A stretch of DNA of 64,000 nucleotides from positions 112,654,001 to 112,718,000 of the forward strand of contig CM059431.1 in the NCBI GenBank assembly GCA_030390025.1, read 5' to 3'. Position numbers and translations under genes: made by a program. Positions 39,037 to 52,045 of this stretch are shown piece after piece (position 1 is the stretch's first letter; every line of letters begins with the position of its first letter). The notes under the pieces were generated by a model that worked only from the letters and a program-made list of their open reading frames with translations, was not told the origin of the DNA and did no database searches. Origin of the DNA: Squalus acanthias (Eukaryota).

Positions 39037-39153
39037 CTCATCATTGAAAGTGATGGTTCCATTGACCTTCACTATGCCTATCTGCTCACTCTGAAGAGAG
39101 GGATGGCTACGTATACGAAGCCCTGCACTGTCCTTTGTCACAAATTTGCGGAC
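39037..39153 (-). CDS. MYCBP2: MYCBP2 exon (117 bp, 0-0)
   Basis: VRKFVTKDSAGLRIRSHPSLQSEQIGIVKVNGTITFNDE. Confidence 0.95.
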
Positions 39154-39752
39154 CTGAGAGAAGCAATGAAACAGTAAGACAAAGAAATAAGAAAAAAGCT
39201 GTTCAGATTAAAAGCAATAGATTAAACAGGTAAACTAAAACAGTTGTAGATTAAAAAGCTGATACTGACAGAGAGAGATTTATTTGCTTCAAGGAGGAGT
39301 TACAGGAAATTGGCTATTTCTCTGATTTGGCAGAACATTGCTGCAAGCACAGAATTTTGTTTTGTAGTAGAGATCTAGCAAGGTGAATGGGTACCCTTGC
39401 AGACAAAAGCAACACCTGCAATGCTTTAAGTTGCATGTATAAGTAGTTGTCAAAATTTGGTAACTTCAAACAGGCAGGAACTAAATTGTATACAAGCATC
39501 ACAAATTACCAAAGTTTGCAAAAACAGCACAACTGTTAATAGAATGGGAATGAGTGCACACAGTTCTAATGCAGGAGACATGATTTGACAACCTTTCTTA
39601 ATACAAATACCTGAAAAGTGAACAACTACAAATCATATTTTTGTGTTTCTACTACCTTTACCACAAGAACATTAAAGTGCCAGCAATTTTACTGCAGCAA
39701 ACCTCTGTTATGCTGCGTTATCTAGTTTGTTAACTCGCGTGGAGTATCATAC

Positions 39753-39850
39753 CTTGCTTGGTTGCGGTTCAGCCTTTGGTTTGATCATTTGAGATCCTGG
39801 TGGTATCATCCCTTTTGGTGGGTCTTTCACTTCTACTTCTAGACCAGCAT
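39753..39850 (-). CDS. MYCBP2: MYCBP2 exon (98 bp, 1-0)
   Basis: AGLEVEVKDPPKGMIPPGSQMIKPKAEPQPSK. Confidence 0.95.
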
Positions 39851-40067
39851 CTGTCAAAGGAGAATGAACAACAAACTTCAAGCTAACATCCAAACACACT
39901 GCACACCAAGAAAAGGAATTTTAAAACTACAAGTCACTCTGTTAAAGACTAGACATTTTTATACGAGAATGTGAAGTTTGGAATTAGGGTTTAAAAATGG
40001 TTTATAAGTAACTGATTTAATATATGAAGGACAGCGCCACAGAATCTCCCAATGATCAATCCAAATA

Positions 40068-40431
40068 CAGGAAACTCTTTATTAACCGGCACCGACGGGA
40101 CCGGCGTGGTGCCGGTTAATCAAAAAGTCCGGATAATGGAGAGTTATATCTCCCAACGTACGAGAGCCCCGTACACACTGACATGTGCTTGCATTCGGAG
40201 CTCCGTCTCCCCGGGGACCGCCAGCTGACCATCTGTCGTGTCCGCTGCCTACCCGGGCTGCACATTCCCCTCCCAATCTACACGCTCCGATACAAGGCAA
40301 ACGCCTCGGGTTTTTTTTTAAAGTTATTTTTAAAGGAGAGATGAAGGAAAACCCCGGTTACCTACTCAAGAATTTTGCCGGTTAAGAGAGATTTCCGGTT
40401 ATTTGGGTGCTGGTTAAAAGAGAGTTTCCTG
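40068..40431. mobile_element. Tc1/mariner (pogo/Tigger-type) MITE
   Basis: 26-bp TIRs CAGGAAACTCTTTATTAACCGGCACC / CAGGAAACTCTCTTTTAACCAGCACC; TA TSD; CpG-rich. Confidence 0.9.
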
Positions 40432-40787
40432 TAATTTAATGAACTGGCACTGATAATCCTTTGGAATGAAAAACCTGGTTTTCATGCTACACAGCACCGC
40501 GGAAACTGTTAGTTACTGTTGAAACAAAAATGGACCCAAAACTGCAAAAAACAAAAAACTGCTTCAAATGAATGCTATATTTTACTGGGCCACAACTTCC
40601 AAAGTTCTGCTCCAGGGGCAAGCAATGCAAAATCCTAAAGAAGATGCATAAACATAAAATGGTAAAAAGCAAGCTGAAAGTAGTTTCAAATTCATCTAAA
40701 CACCATTACGGAAATTAAATTGGACTGTATGCCTAATTTGTGACTTACTTGCAGCCATTAATGTAACATGCAACAAAATAAATTTAC

Positions 40788-40903
40788 CTGTTTCAATCCC
40801 ATCTATTGTGACATGGATACTGTAAAGACCTACAGCTCCAGGTGTCCAGTTTGCACTGTAGGTGCCATCATTATTAGCCCGGATTAACATATTTTCACTT
40901 GGC
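40788..40903 (-). CDS. MYCBP2: MYCBP2 exon (116 bp, 2-1)
   Basis: PSENMLIRANNDGTYSANWTPGAVGLYSIHVTIDGIET. Confidence 0.95.
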
Positions 40904-40996
40904 CTGAAAAAGTTCAAACGCAGTAAATAAGTCGACAAAGCCAATAATTTTGCAGATACTTTGCACCAATATTTTTAGGTTTATGTTTTTTTTTAC

Positions 40997-41052
40997 CTTT
41001 TAGGAGTGGGAGATGCAAACCGAAGCTCTTCAAATGAATAATTTTCATATGC
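40997..41052 (-). CDS. MYCBP2: MYCBP2 exon, RAE1-binding motif (56 bp, 0-2)
   Basis: AYENYSFEELRFASPTPKR. Confidence 0.94.
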
Positions 41053-41398
41053 CTGTAAAAAGGAGGTAGTATTTAAAAGGAATGCAACATTATATCCACA
41101 AAGCAAGTATAGTAAGAGGGTTCAAAACTGACTGCTACAAGAGATCTACTTGCCCACGGAGTCAGGCAAACCTGTCATGACAAACAGCTAGCAGAAACAT
41201 GTTTACACCAACTCCTCAAACGCTACCTTTCCAGTTTAAACTAGGCCAGAGAACCAAATCTGAAGGGATAATCAACCTGGGCTGTATCTCACTGGAGCCA
41301 GTTACAAAGGCTCAGAGGCAAAGGTCTAGATTTGGACACCTATTGGGGGAGGAAACGGTTAGTGGTGAAATCAAAATATTGACAAAGTGCACAACTAC

Positions 41399-41605
41399 CT
41401 TCATCATCGTGATTGCTGTATATCGAGCTTCTTTTACTATCATTGGTTCGTAGGATGCTTCCAGTTTGGGAGATGGCAATCCACCAAATGTCATATCAGT
41501 ACTTGAAACAATAGTTGGTGGGCTCCCAGGGATACGGTGCAGCTTTTTAGCATTCTCCTGCTGTACAGACTTCTTTTGAGAAAGAGGAACAGCTTTCACC
41601 TCAAC
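41399..41605 (-). CDS. MYCBP2: MYCBP2 exon (207 bp, 0-0)
   Basis: VEVKAVPLSQKK...YEPMIVKEARYTAITMMK. Confidence 0.95.
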
Positions 41606-43145
41606 CTGCCAAAAACAAAAACATGAACAAGATTTTACACAGACCATTTCCGTTGCTCTTGATGGACACAAGTACAAGAAGCATTTCAACTATAAAAGTA
41701 GCCACTTGAGAAAATTACAAATTTTAGTTAGTGACTCAAAGAAACTGCATGCCAATGCATGGGTGTTCAATCCTACTTGTAATAGGGTATATTTTTCACC
41801 AGGGGAACTCCTCATTTCATATAATGCATCCTAGTAAAGAAGACTACACTGTAGTCAGTTTATACTACATTATACCCTTACTGACAGGAAATTCAAGAGA
41901 CAGGACAAAAATAAATATAGGAGGAAAAAGAAATTAGGCTATTTCTCTCAATTTTGTTTTTCTCTAGTGCTGAGTAGCAAAATAAGCACCAATGGTCTTT
42001 AAAACAAATATTGCAGCAGCCAAGCTGGAAGCTCACTCTTAGGATACATTAATTGCATTTCATTGGTTCTGGTACATTTAGAGTCCGAATGTTTTCAAGT
42101 TAAACTATAAAATACAGTTCACTCTCCCACCCAAACCAGATAGGAAAATTGACAACTTTTTAAATAACCAGGGAAAAAAAGCCCTAAAACGCCCTGTGCG
42201 ATTAATGAACCTGTTTTTTTTTTGGAGCTGAAATAAAAAGTATCAGAAGTGTCATGTCAGACACAGAAACCAGGCTCCCATCTCAGACGCTCCATTCCCC
42301 TGCCCTCCTAGTTTTGATCCTGGTTGTCAGGTGAGATACTTGGGATATCTTCTTAATTTTGCTCTAAATTTTTCGTTTAAAAATACTACAAAACCAAAGG
42401 ACTGATATAAAGCAGCAAATTTAATGTAAATGTAAAAATTTCTAAAAGCAAGACATTTACAAATTCAAAATTTGAGTTATATTGCCCCTCTGAATGATAC
42501 ATTACACAGGTTTACTAAAGACTGGTCTGGATAAGTAAAGAACTGTTAATTAATGAGCAAGTTGAATATAAATCATAGATAGCTATAATTACATTAAATT
42601 GTGTTTCATTGTAAATTCCAACAATTTACATTTGCACACAGGGAAACTACATTGGAACAAACTTTTTGGCTGCATTTAAATTTGATAAAATACAAGTGTA
42701 CAGGAAGATATTTAGAGCTACACAGAAATGGAGGTACATTTTGGTACAGATTATTAGGGACTTGGGAGCCTTGATAGTGAAGAATTCTTCAGAAAACCTA
42801 ATTACAAGAAATTCTGCACACCTCTAATATAACAGCAATGCATAAGCCAGCCACTGCCATCTTTAAGCACACATTTCATGAAAGAAATTAAATGTCTTCC
42901 TTGGTGCTGAAAGAAAAGCAGTATTAGCTGGATCGGTGATTCAGAGCACCTAGAGAAAATTCTCACTATAGAAATTATAATTTATTTCCAGTACCAAAAA
43001 GTGTTTCCCATTCACTTGTATCATCCAGGTTATAAGTTCCCAACTCTTGACAACATACAGGGATTTTTAATCATATGTGACTTGCGTACACAAAATATTA
43101 AATTAAGATGGTTCTTTGGTCAAACATTTCCGGATTACTTTATAC

Positions 43146-43290
43146 CTTCAGGTTTGGAACATGAACTACATCTCCATATTGGTCCTTAGTCTGAACTGTG
43201 ATGGTAGCAGGCCAGCCACACCTGATATAGTCCTTATTCAATATCAGGGAAGTTTTCTGGGGATCTGCATAAGAATCCGGTTGAAGCCAC
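43146..43290 (-). CDS. MYCBP2: MYCBP2 exon, filamin-like region (145 bp, 2-0)
   Basis: WLQPDSYADPQKTSLILNKDYIRCGWPATITVQTKDQYGDVVHVPNLK. Confidence 0.95.
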
Positions 43291-43390
43291 CTGACATCAT
43301 GAAAAGAGTATTAACAGAATTTATATACAAATTTTAACAGAGGCATCATATTTAAGATCTCAGTATTTTATACATTAATCTATGTATTAC

Positions 43391-43563
43391 CTTGCAAGTC
43401 GCCCACCACTAGACCCAGGTAAGCAGGCAATGAAGTCCTCCAAGAAAGAATGTTCATTGCTCTGCAGATGGAGGGGAAGATTGCCTTCTAGTGCCTCCAA
43501 AATAGTTGGTGAATGAGACAAAGCAAGGCCTTTTCCTAATAAACCAGCATGGTTTTTACACAC
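43391..43563 (-). CDS. MYCBP2: MYCBP2 exon (173 bp, 0-2)
   Basis: VCKNHAGLLGKGLALSHSPTILEALEGNLP...PGSSGGRLAR. Confidence 0.95.
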
Positions 43564-43642
43564 CTGGCAAAAGGAAAACGTAGGTGAGCAAGATGTTTAA
43601 GAAAAACGTTAAGTAATTCAAATATAGCAACTGAGAGCTCAC

Positions 43643-43692
43643 CTGCAAAGCTGATTCTTCAAGAATTTCAAGATCCTCCTCTAGTTCATTGC
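43643..43692 (-). CDS. MYCBP2: MYCBP2 exon (50 bp, 1-0)
   Basis: NELEEDLEILEESALQ; cag/GTGAG. Confidence 0.93.
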
Positions 43693-43902
43693 CTGTCCAA
43701 ACAAAGAGGTTTTAATAGAATAGTCGTACAATTTTACATAGCTAGCTTTCATTATAATCTCGGATAAGCTGAAAGACACTAAAAATAATCAATATACTGC
43801 TAAAGCAGTGATCTATAGTGGATCCAACAACATAATCTCAAAATTTTGTGCAAATTCCCTCATTAATGTAATTTTTTGACTGACAAAAGTAAACATCCAT
43901 AC

Positions 43903-43990
43903 CAACAGGAAGCGCAAGGTCTTTTTTCATTAGTGATGCTGCACACATACTTCCGAGGTATGCCAATTCCTTTTCTAATTGTAGAATTCC
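43903..43990 (-). CDS. MYCBP2: MYCBP2 exon (88 bp, 0-1)
   Basis: GILQLEKELAYLGSMCAASLMKKDLALPV. Confidence 0.94.
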
Positions 43991-45078
43991 CTGCAAAACA
44001 AATACATTTTTGCAGCGTTTTTGGTTTTAGCAAATATCAAAATTAAAAAAATAGGTAGCATACTGGGAGTTATAAGGATTAGCACAATTGATAGTTTACT
44101 TCTTCCAAGTGCTAGTGTAACCTTCAGATGGTTTAGGAAAATTGAGTTTAGAGAATAACTTACGACCTGAAACTCCCTCCCAAAACATGTATTTTACTTA
44201 TAGATGAAGCTTTATAATGTATCTGACCGGCTACATTTGATCTTGGAGTTTTGATGCTGACAATATGTGTCAAAGTAGGAAACTGTCCCATTCTCTCGAA
44301 GCATCTATTACATTGATAAGCATTTCCCTCCAAAATGTTATAAATTTAACTATCCCAACTAGTTGCAAGAAAGCAGACCAAGACTACAAATGTGCATCAT
44401 CCATAAATTTGTTTCAATCATTTTGCAAGCAGATTACTGGGTGTTGGGACCTGGGAAGAGATGAAGAATCAGAAAGAAGCCCAGTGTGTGAAAAATGTCA
44501 GAGCTGAAGCAAGACCTCACCAAAAATACATAATCTCTTTCTCATTCACCTTTCTTTCACATATCACAGAGTATTCACACACTGGTGCTCCAGTAGGAAG
44601 ATGTACTTTCCTGGTTAGAAGGATTAGGGACTACCCAGTGAAAATTGTGAGTTGATCAAACTGAAATTTCATCTACCTAGTACAAAGACTATTTCCAAGT
44701 AATGACGACACTGACAACCAATATCCACAAGGCACAACCACCAATCTTCAACTCTTCTAGCGATGCACTCTACAAACTAGTTACTTTGATATCAGAGACA
44801 AGAATAAAATCTGCTTCAATTTGGTCTTAACTAATTCTTCAGTAGATTTCCAAGTGAAGTATGTTCACTCTCTAAGAGTCCATGCAAGCTGATTCAGCTC
44901 TTCTTGCATATGCCCAGAGTAGGTGGAGGAAGCCTTTGGATGCTGGTTAAAGCTTCCAACATGTGTTTACACAGGACATAGATATCCAGACTCAAAGCTA
45001 CCTATACAATGGTGTGATTAATATTTAGCCTGAAGCCTATATGTTTACCTTTCCATCAGACTCGAATCCAATAAGGAA

Positions 45079-45487
45079 AGGACTTCACTTAACACCTTTC
45101 TCGACCTCAGGATATTCCAAAGTACTTTTGAAGTGCAGTCACTGTTTTAATGTAGGGAAATGCAGCAGCCAATTTGCACACAGCAAGCTCACAAACAGTA
45201 ATAAGATACATGATGACCTGTTTTAGTGATGCTGGTTGAGGTATAAATATTGGCAGGACACTGGGAGAAGTCTCCTGCTCTTCTTGAATTGTGCCATGGA
45301 ATCTTTTACATCCACCTGAGGGGGTAGAGGGGCCTCGGTTTGACATCTCATATGGGAAAAATGGCACCTCCGACAGTGCAGTACTGCACTGAAATGTCAG
45401 CCTGGATTACGTGTTCAAGCCTCTGGAACGGGGTTTGAACCCACAACCTTCTGACTCAGAGGAAAGTGTGTTACTACTGAGCCACGA
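45079..45487 (-). mobile_element. SacSINE1-like Deu-SINE
   Basis: Reverse homology to 18181-18630 including B box gggttcaaacc. Confidence 0.82.
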
Positions 45488-46334
45488 TTTGCAATCTACA
45501 CAATCCAACTATTGCACTTCGAATACAATTTGGCTGAAGCAGATCATTAATGAAACACAACAGGGACTGAAGCAGAATTTTTTTTGTTAAGAACCAAGCA
45601 GAGATCTACTTTTGAAAAGGGTCAGACAGTATGAGTTGCCTTGCTAAATTCTTGGCTACAGCAGGCACTAAAGAAAACCATTAAAAAATGTCTGGATTGA
45701 GAACAAAGCATTGGCTAAGGGTCTTATTAACACATCATATTGGCTTAAACTCATGCTTTGATCACAGTGAGTGGAGGAAAAATAGGCCAGAGGGAAAGGT
45801 GTAATATGAAATTGCATACTGGTATTCTTCAAATGTCAGAATCTGAAGAACTACACTAGATTTATTTGTGCCAGCAAAGTTGTAACAGGTGGCGTCAAGA
45901 CTGTCACAGTACAGACACACACCTGGCCAAGAGAGTAAAAGAGTGTCTAAAAAGGAGAAAGTGCAGAAGCTGTGTTGGCTAGTTGCTCGTGAACTACTCC
46001 AGGCCCAATTTGATGAAATTTTGCTGCTGTTCCGATACACCACTTGTGTTGTGAATTACAGAAGCATAATAGAGGTAGGTAACTATCTTACGCCAGAAAA
46101 CTGCTCCGAGACACAGAATGTTTCAATGCTGTCCTAAAGTCCAAAGGAATGTGGAAACATAAAAATGCACAAACTCCAAGGTTTTTAAGATGAAACAAAC
46201 CCTGAGGCAACAATCTGGAAGTAAACAATGAATTTAGCACCAGTGTGGGAATTTCACAGAATGGGCCATTTACTAGTTCTAATTTTCCACTCTTGTATTA
46301 AGACTTGCACAAGGAATAGATATCATGCGATGTA

Positions 46335-47680
46335 CAGTGAAACCTGTAAATTACTGACACCTTAGGGACTGGCATCAGCTGTCCTGATTTTCAAAATGGT
46401 CATTGTATGTACTGTAAAAATGTTTCCAATATTCTTGAAGAACTAGCTGCGATAAGAAGCATCTAATCAACTGCAACAATGCTAAGAATCCCTCTCCCAC
46501 ACACCAGCGTTCAGCTCTGTTCACTTAACAGTTTTACAGTCTAAAATCCCGTTTCGTTTCAAACCGCTCTCACTTGGAGCAGAGTGCAACTTCAGTAATG
46601 AACTGCATTTCTCAGTTCTACTTAGCAGCATTGGGGCAGTCATAGGACAAAAATGGAGGGGGGGGCGGAAATGTGATGACTGGTTGTGCTGGGATATTGA
46701 CGCTTTCAAAGGCAAGTCTTAGAATGGATTGAGAACATTTGGGAGGGGGGAAACACAACAGGTGTAGGAATGAAACCTGCAGGAAGACAGACTGATAGCT
46801 GGGACTCAAAGGCCTGATAAACTCTATGGAGGGACAGCCATCCACCTTCACTCCGCAAAGCCAAAGCTTCTCAAAAGAAGTGATTCCACCATCAGAAGCC
46901 GAGGGAAAGATGATGATGGCAGGGTCAGAGGGAGAGGGACTGCCAGCAGCCACTGAAAGAGTGTATGGACGCAACGCTGGGGCAGGAAAGGATGGCCCCT
47001 CTCGCTTTTCACATGTGCTTTTCTTGATTCAGGATGCTGGCGAGTAGGGTTGCCAATTCTGGTTGGAGGCAATCCTGGAGGCTTGACCACATGACGCCCG
47101 TCCACATGATGCCGTCATGATCCCACATTCCGTAGTCTTCATCTCTCCCTCCACTTCCACCGAGCCCCCATCTCTTCCCCCAGCCTCCATATCTCCCCAA
47201 GCCCTCATTCCCATCACTCCGAGTCCCCATCTCTCCCCAAGGACCCATTCCCCAGTCTCCATCTCTCTCTAAGCCCCCACATTCCACAGTATCCTCCCCA
47301 CCACCCAAGTTTCCATTGCCCCGATTGTCGACTACCAAGGCACACCACCCCCACCCCACCCCACCCCCAGGAGTGTTCCAGACACCAGCCGGTCCCGGCT
47401 CTCTACGGCGGTGGTGGTGACATCACCGGAGGCGGGAAATGACACTGCACAGTGGAGCCCAGTGCAATCAGCACCTGAATGAAAATTGAAGGGGAGGTAG
47501 AGCGGTGTCCTGTGTTTTAAGTTGTAAAAAGAGTTTGGTGCATTGAAGGTTATCCGTAGTTTGGAATTTGAGAGTGTCCGTGGTTTCAGAGTGCCTCTTG
47601 TATGTTTTACCATGCAAGCTATTTGGATCTCTCAATAATAGTCCGTTTTTTGGGAGTGTCCGTTTATACAAGTTTCACTA
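46335..47680. mobile_element. Non-autonomous pogo/Tigger-type element
   Basis: TIRs CAGTGAAACCTGTA..GACAC / TAGTGAAACTTGTA..GACAC; TA on both flanks; internal C-rich ccccatctct repeats at about 47140-47290. Confidence 0.75.
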
Positions 47681-47974
47681 TACTTTGATATAGGAAGACA
47701 TTAACAGCACAGACTTGGCAACATCTCCCACTGGTTTACTGGACTATGTGTGTGGGTCATGGAGAAACACTCAGTAAAACATTAGTTTTTCAATTAGGTA
47801 AATTATTCTGATTTTGATCTAGTATTTTACATTAATTTTAACACAGCATTTGCTGGTGAAACTTCAATTAAGGTTTTATTTCTACAAAGCAAAATTTTCA
47901 ATGTTCTAGCAGCTCAATTACAGAATACGTTTTCTCTTATACAACAATTTATCGGATACACTTCAAAAAATTAC

Positions 47975-48093
47975 CTCATCAGGTCCATGACTGAATTCGT
48001 AACCCACAGCGACACACTTGAAACCATAAAAACAGGCCTTCTCGTCTTTCACGTAGTCTGATGCTGTCTCCAAAGAGAAGATGACATCATTTC
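47975..48093 (-). CDS. MYCBP2: MYCBP2 exon (119 bp, 1-0)
   Basis: NDVIFSLETASDYVKDEKACFYGFKCVAVGYEFSHGPDE. Confidence 0.95.
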
Positions 48094-49226
48094 CTGGAAA
48101 GATCACATTTAAATTTGAATCTCAAAACACATTTTGCAAAGTGAAAAGCCCCAACCCAGCACCACTTACAAGTATCAAACCTCACTTAAACAGTACATTT
48201 TCCATCAAACTACAATCTCGTCTTCTCCCCGCACCCCACCTTAATTCTACTCTTCGGGCACAACTCCATTGAAGAAAATATCTGATTTTCATGTGGTACA
48301 ATCCTTTTCAATATTCAACTTCTCAAAAGAGAATAGTTTTTCATCTTTATAAAGTAGCATAAGGAATGTTATTTCAAAATTCTTAAGTCAAATATCACAT
48401 ACAATTCTTGAAAGGTATTTAACCTTGACTGTTGGGATCAATGAAGAGGATACAAGGGATGTAGTCATAAAATAATGAGATATACCAGAAGTAAAAGGTT
48501 GCATTCAATTTCACTACTTGGCAGCACAGGAATTTGGGAAATTAACACCCTGTATATTAAGTACTTGCTCTGTTTGCCTTTCACTATTTTTTTTATTTCC
48601 TGGTTATTCTTTGTTCCTCTGTGTTCTTTAGTTTTATAAAATATTGCTTTGTGCTGCCTAGCTCTCAATTTTCTCTCTAATCTCAATGATATTTTCGTTT
48701 TTCTTTCACTCCACCCATATACCCTCGGGTAAGGCTCAAGTGCCACATTCTTTACCTAAACATACTGCATCCAGTGGAGACAAGTCCGTGAAAAGGGATA
48801 TTCAAAGTCCAGAGGCGATAAAAACTCTTGAAAACTACTGGAGTCTCATTGGACTTTTGAACTGAAGTTTCTATTGTTGACCACAGAGATGTCACTCAAG
48901 CATTATTAAGCAATACTCCAGACCAACCAAGGTCACAAAAGTGGTCTCTACTTGTGGTGTAGGGCTTTGAGAACCAGTTAAATTGCAGCAATTGAATTCG
49001 TCAGGGTATTATTTTCTTCTTGATGAGAAGGCTCCTGAGGCTCTATCCTGTGAATGCAGCAATTCACCCACCACAAACTGCAGGATACAGCCAGTAGTTG
49101 GAAATTTTATATCCATCCCTTTGAACTTAAACTACAGCAGTGCCCATATGTAAATGATGCATTTTAGTTATGCTTGTATGTTTTTATCTATTAAAACATG
49201 CGGAACATTTGTTTTTTTCCTTATAC

Positions 49227-49449
49227 CTGGTAGAACAAGGACTGTAGTCGGCCATCCAGTAGAACCAGAAAATTTCTTTAATTCTATCCATGAATTCAGA
49301 CCATCATGGCTTGTATTTTTAGGCCCAAATCCTGAACTTTGGAAAGCTTTATTTGGAATCAGCAAACGGAGCACATCCTCTGGTTGTGCAGTACCACACA
49401 ATGGGTCGAACTCTATCGTCATCCACCTCACACAATCTGGAAAAGTTAC
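49227..49449 (-). CDS. MYCBP2: MYCBP2 exon (223 bp, 0-1)
   Basis: VTFPDCVRWMTIEFDPLCGTAQPEDVLRLLIP...LKKFSGSTGWPTTVLVLP. Confidence 0.95.
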
Positions 49450-50125
49450 CTAAATGAAAAGCAAACACGATTATTTCAATCTTCCAAATGGCAGCTATTT
49501 AAATTAAAGTTATTGGGCTGAATTTTCCGTGGTTGTAGCGGGCGCGATCGGTGGAGGGTCGGTTGGGAAAGTGTTTTTTTGACAGCGGGTCAGGAACCCA
49601 CTGTCAACTCGCTCCCACGCGCCTTTCCCACAGGCGCATCTGTTAGTGTGGAGCCGACTCGATCTGCAGCGGCGGGGGACCCAATTGAAATCATTATTAA
49701 GTACTTTACAGGCACTTAAGAGCTTTTTGCCCCCCTACTTTTTTTAATTTCCCTGCATATCCACAGGATTCACACAGCGTGAGTTCCATGGCCATTGCTC
49801 CAGCTGATTATTTGACAGCATGTAAAACAAACCAAAATAAAAACATGTTGATTACATCGGCTAACAGATTGATGGAGATTCGGTTCTACTTGAAAAGCTA
49901 CTGGTAAATGTTAATTTTTCATTGGCCATTCTTGGCTGTTGCCTTCCGACTGAACAGTAATTGTAGTCAATTGATCTGCTCTATAAAAAATTACATATAC
50001 CATTTAAATAAATTTGTGTGTTGTTTCTGGTCAGGTTTTTCTCACAGTTTACTGTGATTGTCCAGTTACACATTAAATCAAGTCACCAACCGTAACAATT
50101 TCATTCTCATCACTCATTCCTCTGG

Positions 50126-50868
50126 TGTAAGAAATAGAACAGAAAAATAAACTGCAGCAAGGTCAGATAACAAGCACAAATGACAAATGGCCGAGGCCAG
50201 GACACGGAAGTGATGAGGCAGCCATAAAATACAAGACAACATGAACCAGAAAGTCTCAAAATGTTCTTAAAGAAACATAACAAGACCTTTAGAACAGAGA
50301 TAAGGAGGAAAATGACCTCATGAGGCAGGGAGGGGGCTGCCAGAGATACCCTCTTCCCTGTAATTGAACAATGGGATGGGTAAAGATTATTCACACCAGG
50401 CAATCACCAGGCCATTGAAATAAAGTATAAAATAGGGGACCGAGAAGGAAATAGTCAGACAGCTAGGGGCGAAGGCTTCCTCTAGGTAGAAATCAATGCT
50501 GGCTTATGCCTAACACCTTGGTCAAATTTAGCCGATGAGGTGGATCAATGCTGGCTGACGGCCGAACACCTCCAACAGCTCGAGGGATGACCCAACTGAA
50601 GTGACTACTGCTGCAGGCTGCAGAGATCCGCTGACCCAAGACCTCCTTGCTGTCTCATCGGGCATCTAACCGTCTGTCCATCCAGTTGCGGCATTCGCTT
50701 CGGGAGTCGTTGATCGCTCTCTACTGTCACGGGTTGTATGTCTATTATGCTTATCTTAACCACATGTAATATCCAATTATGCTTTGAACTGTAGCTCTTT
50801 AATAAAATACCTTAAAACTCCTAAGACCCTTTGGGTATGTGTGTGTGACCTGTGATCCAAATCTTACA
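50126..50868 (+). mobile_element. Solo LTR (ERV1-like or Gypsy)
   Basis: TGTAAGA...TCTTACA inverted ends; perfect CTGG 4-bp TSD; TATAAAA at 50426; AATAAA at 50801. Confidence 0.88.
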
Positions 50869-50930
50869 CTGGTTCAATTTGCTTTCAAGTCCCTGAATAT
50901 GACTAATTTAATTTTTCAGTTTAAGACTTT

Positions 50931-51088
50931 AGGGTGAATTTCTGCGGAGCTTCTCTCACTTGTCCATTGTTAACTTCAACGGAAGAGCTGCAGAAATCCC
51001 AGAAACACATGGTAAGCACCACTTACACTGTTTGTCAGGGTTTCCGCAGCTCTTCCGCTGATCTTGCATAAGATTGTAAATCCACCCC
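50931..51088. mobile_element. 158-bp hairpin Harbinger-type MITE
   Basis: Ends AGGGTGAATTT / GGGGTGGATTT; TTT flanks; internal inverted cggaagagctgc / gcagctcttccg. Confidence 0.72.
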
Positions 51089-52045
51089 TTTTCAATTACA
51101 TTTAAAATCTGCTTAATTTTATGTATTACCTATATATACACACACACACCTTTTATTTGTACCAGTTACTGATACAGAAGTCGAAAGACTTGACTAAAGC
51201 ATCAATAACTTCCTGATTAATGTACTTTTTAAAATTATGTTCTTGATCGTATTTGTAGATGGAGTCATATTACTTAGATAATTTTATTTAAATATCTGTC
51301 ACTCATATAACTTATATTATTGTACAGTAAAGATTCAACACCCACTATGTTAGATTAAACTTAAAATGTAATGTGGCCAGGGTCCCTTTAAGGATCCCAG
51401 CTTAAAACAAGTCATAAATGAAGTCACCAGACTCGCTCCATCTAATTGGGCCAGGTAACGTGCTGGGTGGGCTTAATAGGCCCCATTAAGGTAAGTTCAT
51501 TTTGTACAACGGGATGGAGCCAGCAGCGGGGTCGGGACCCACCACGGACACCGGCGCAGCCAAGGTAAGGAAAATTCCGGCCTTTGCCTTAGGATCTGAA
51601 TTTCAGTCTAACCCAAACGGATGGGATGATTGCCTTCTGAAGGATTTTAGTTAAAATAGGTTTGAGCAATCTTAACCCTTTGCTTATTATAAATTCACAA
51701 TGTAAAACTGTCCATAATTCAGCACAAATTTCCACAGGTCAGCAGAATGGGTGCGAGAAATAGAAAATATCACACTCTGCAGAGCATGAAGAATAGGGAC
51801 ATTTAGCACACCAAGCCTATTTTCTAAAATCTCATGCAATCTGCTCTTTCATCTGCCTTTTTGATGATCTGAGCAAGATTCTACAAAGTTACTCTTTCTC
51901 CCACTCCTTTCCCCAAGACAAACTAAGTGAAATTTTCAGTTTATTTATCTAACTTTATATCCTACACCAAGTACTTGATGGGTTGTCTTTTTTAGCATGA
52001 TATTTCCATAGCCTCAGCAGCTCAGGAACCATTATGTTGGATACA

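Larger units (their letters stand above)
49515..51582. mobile_element. Probable non-autonomous Harbinger with nested insertions
   Basis: Termini GGGCTGAATTTTCC / GGCCGGAATTTTCC with GC-rich subterminal arms; flanks ATT/TTT (imperfect). Confidence 0.6.
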
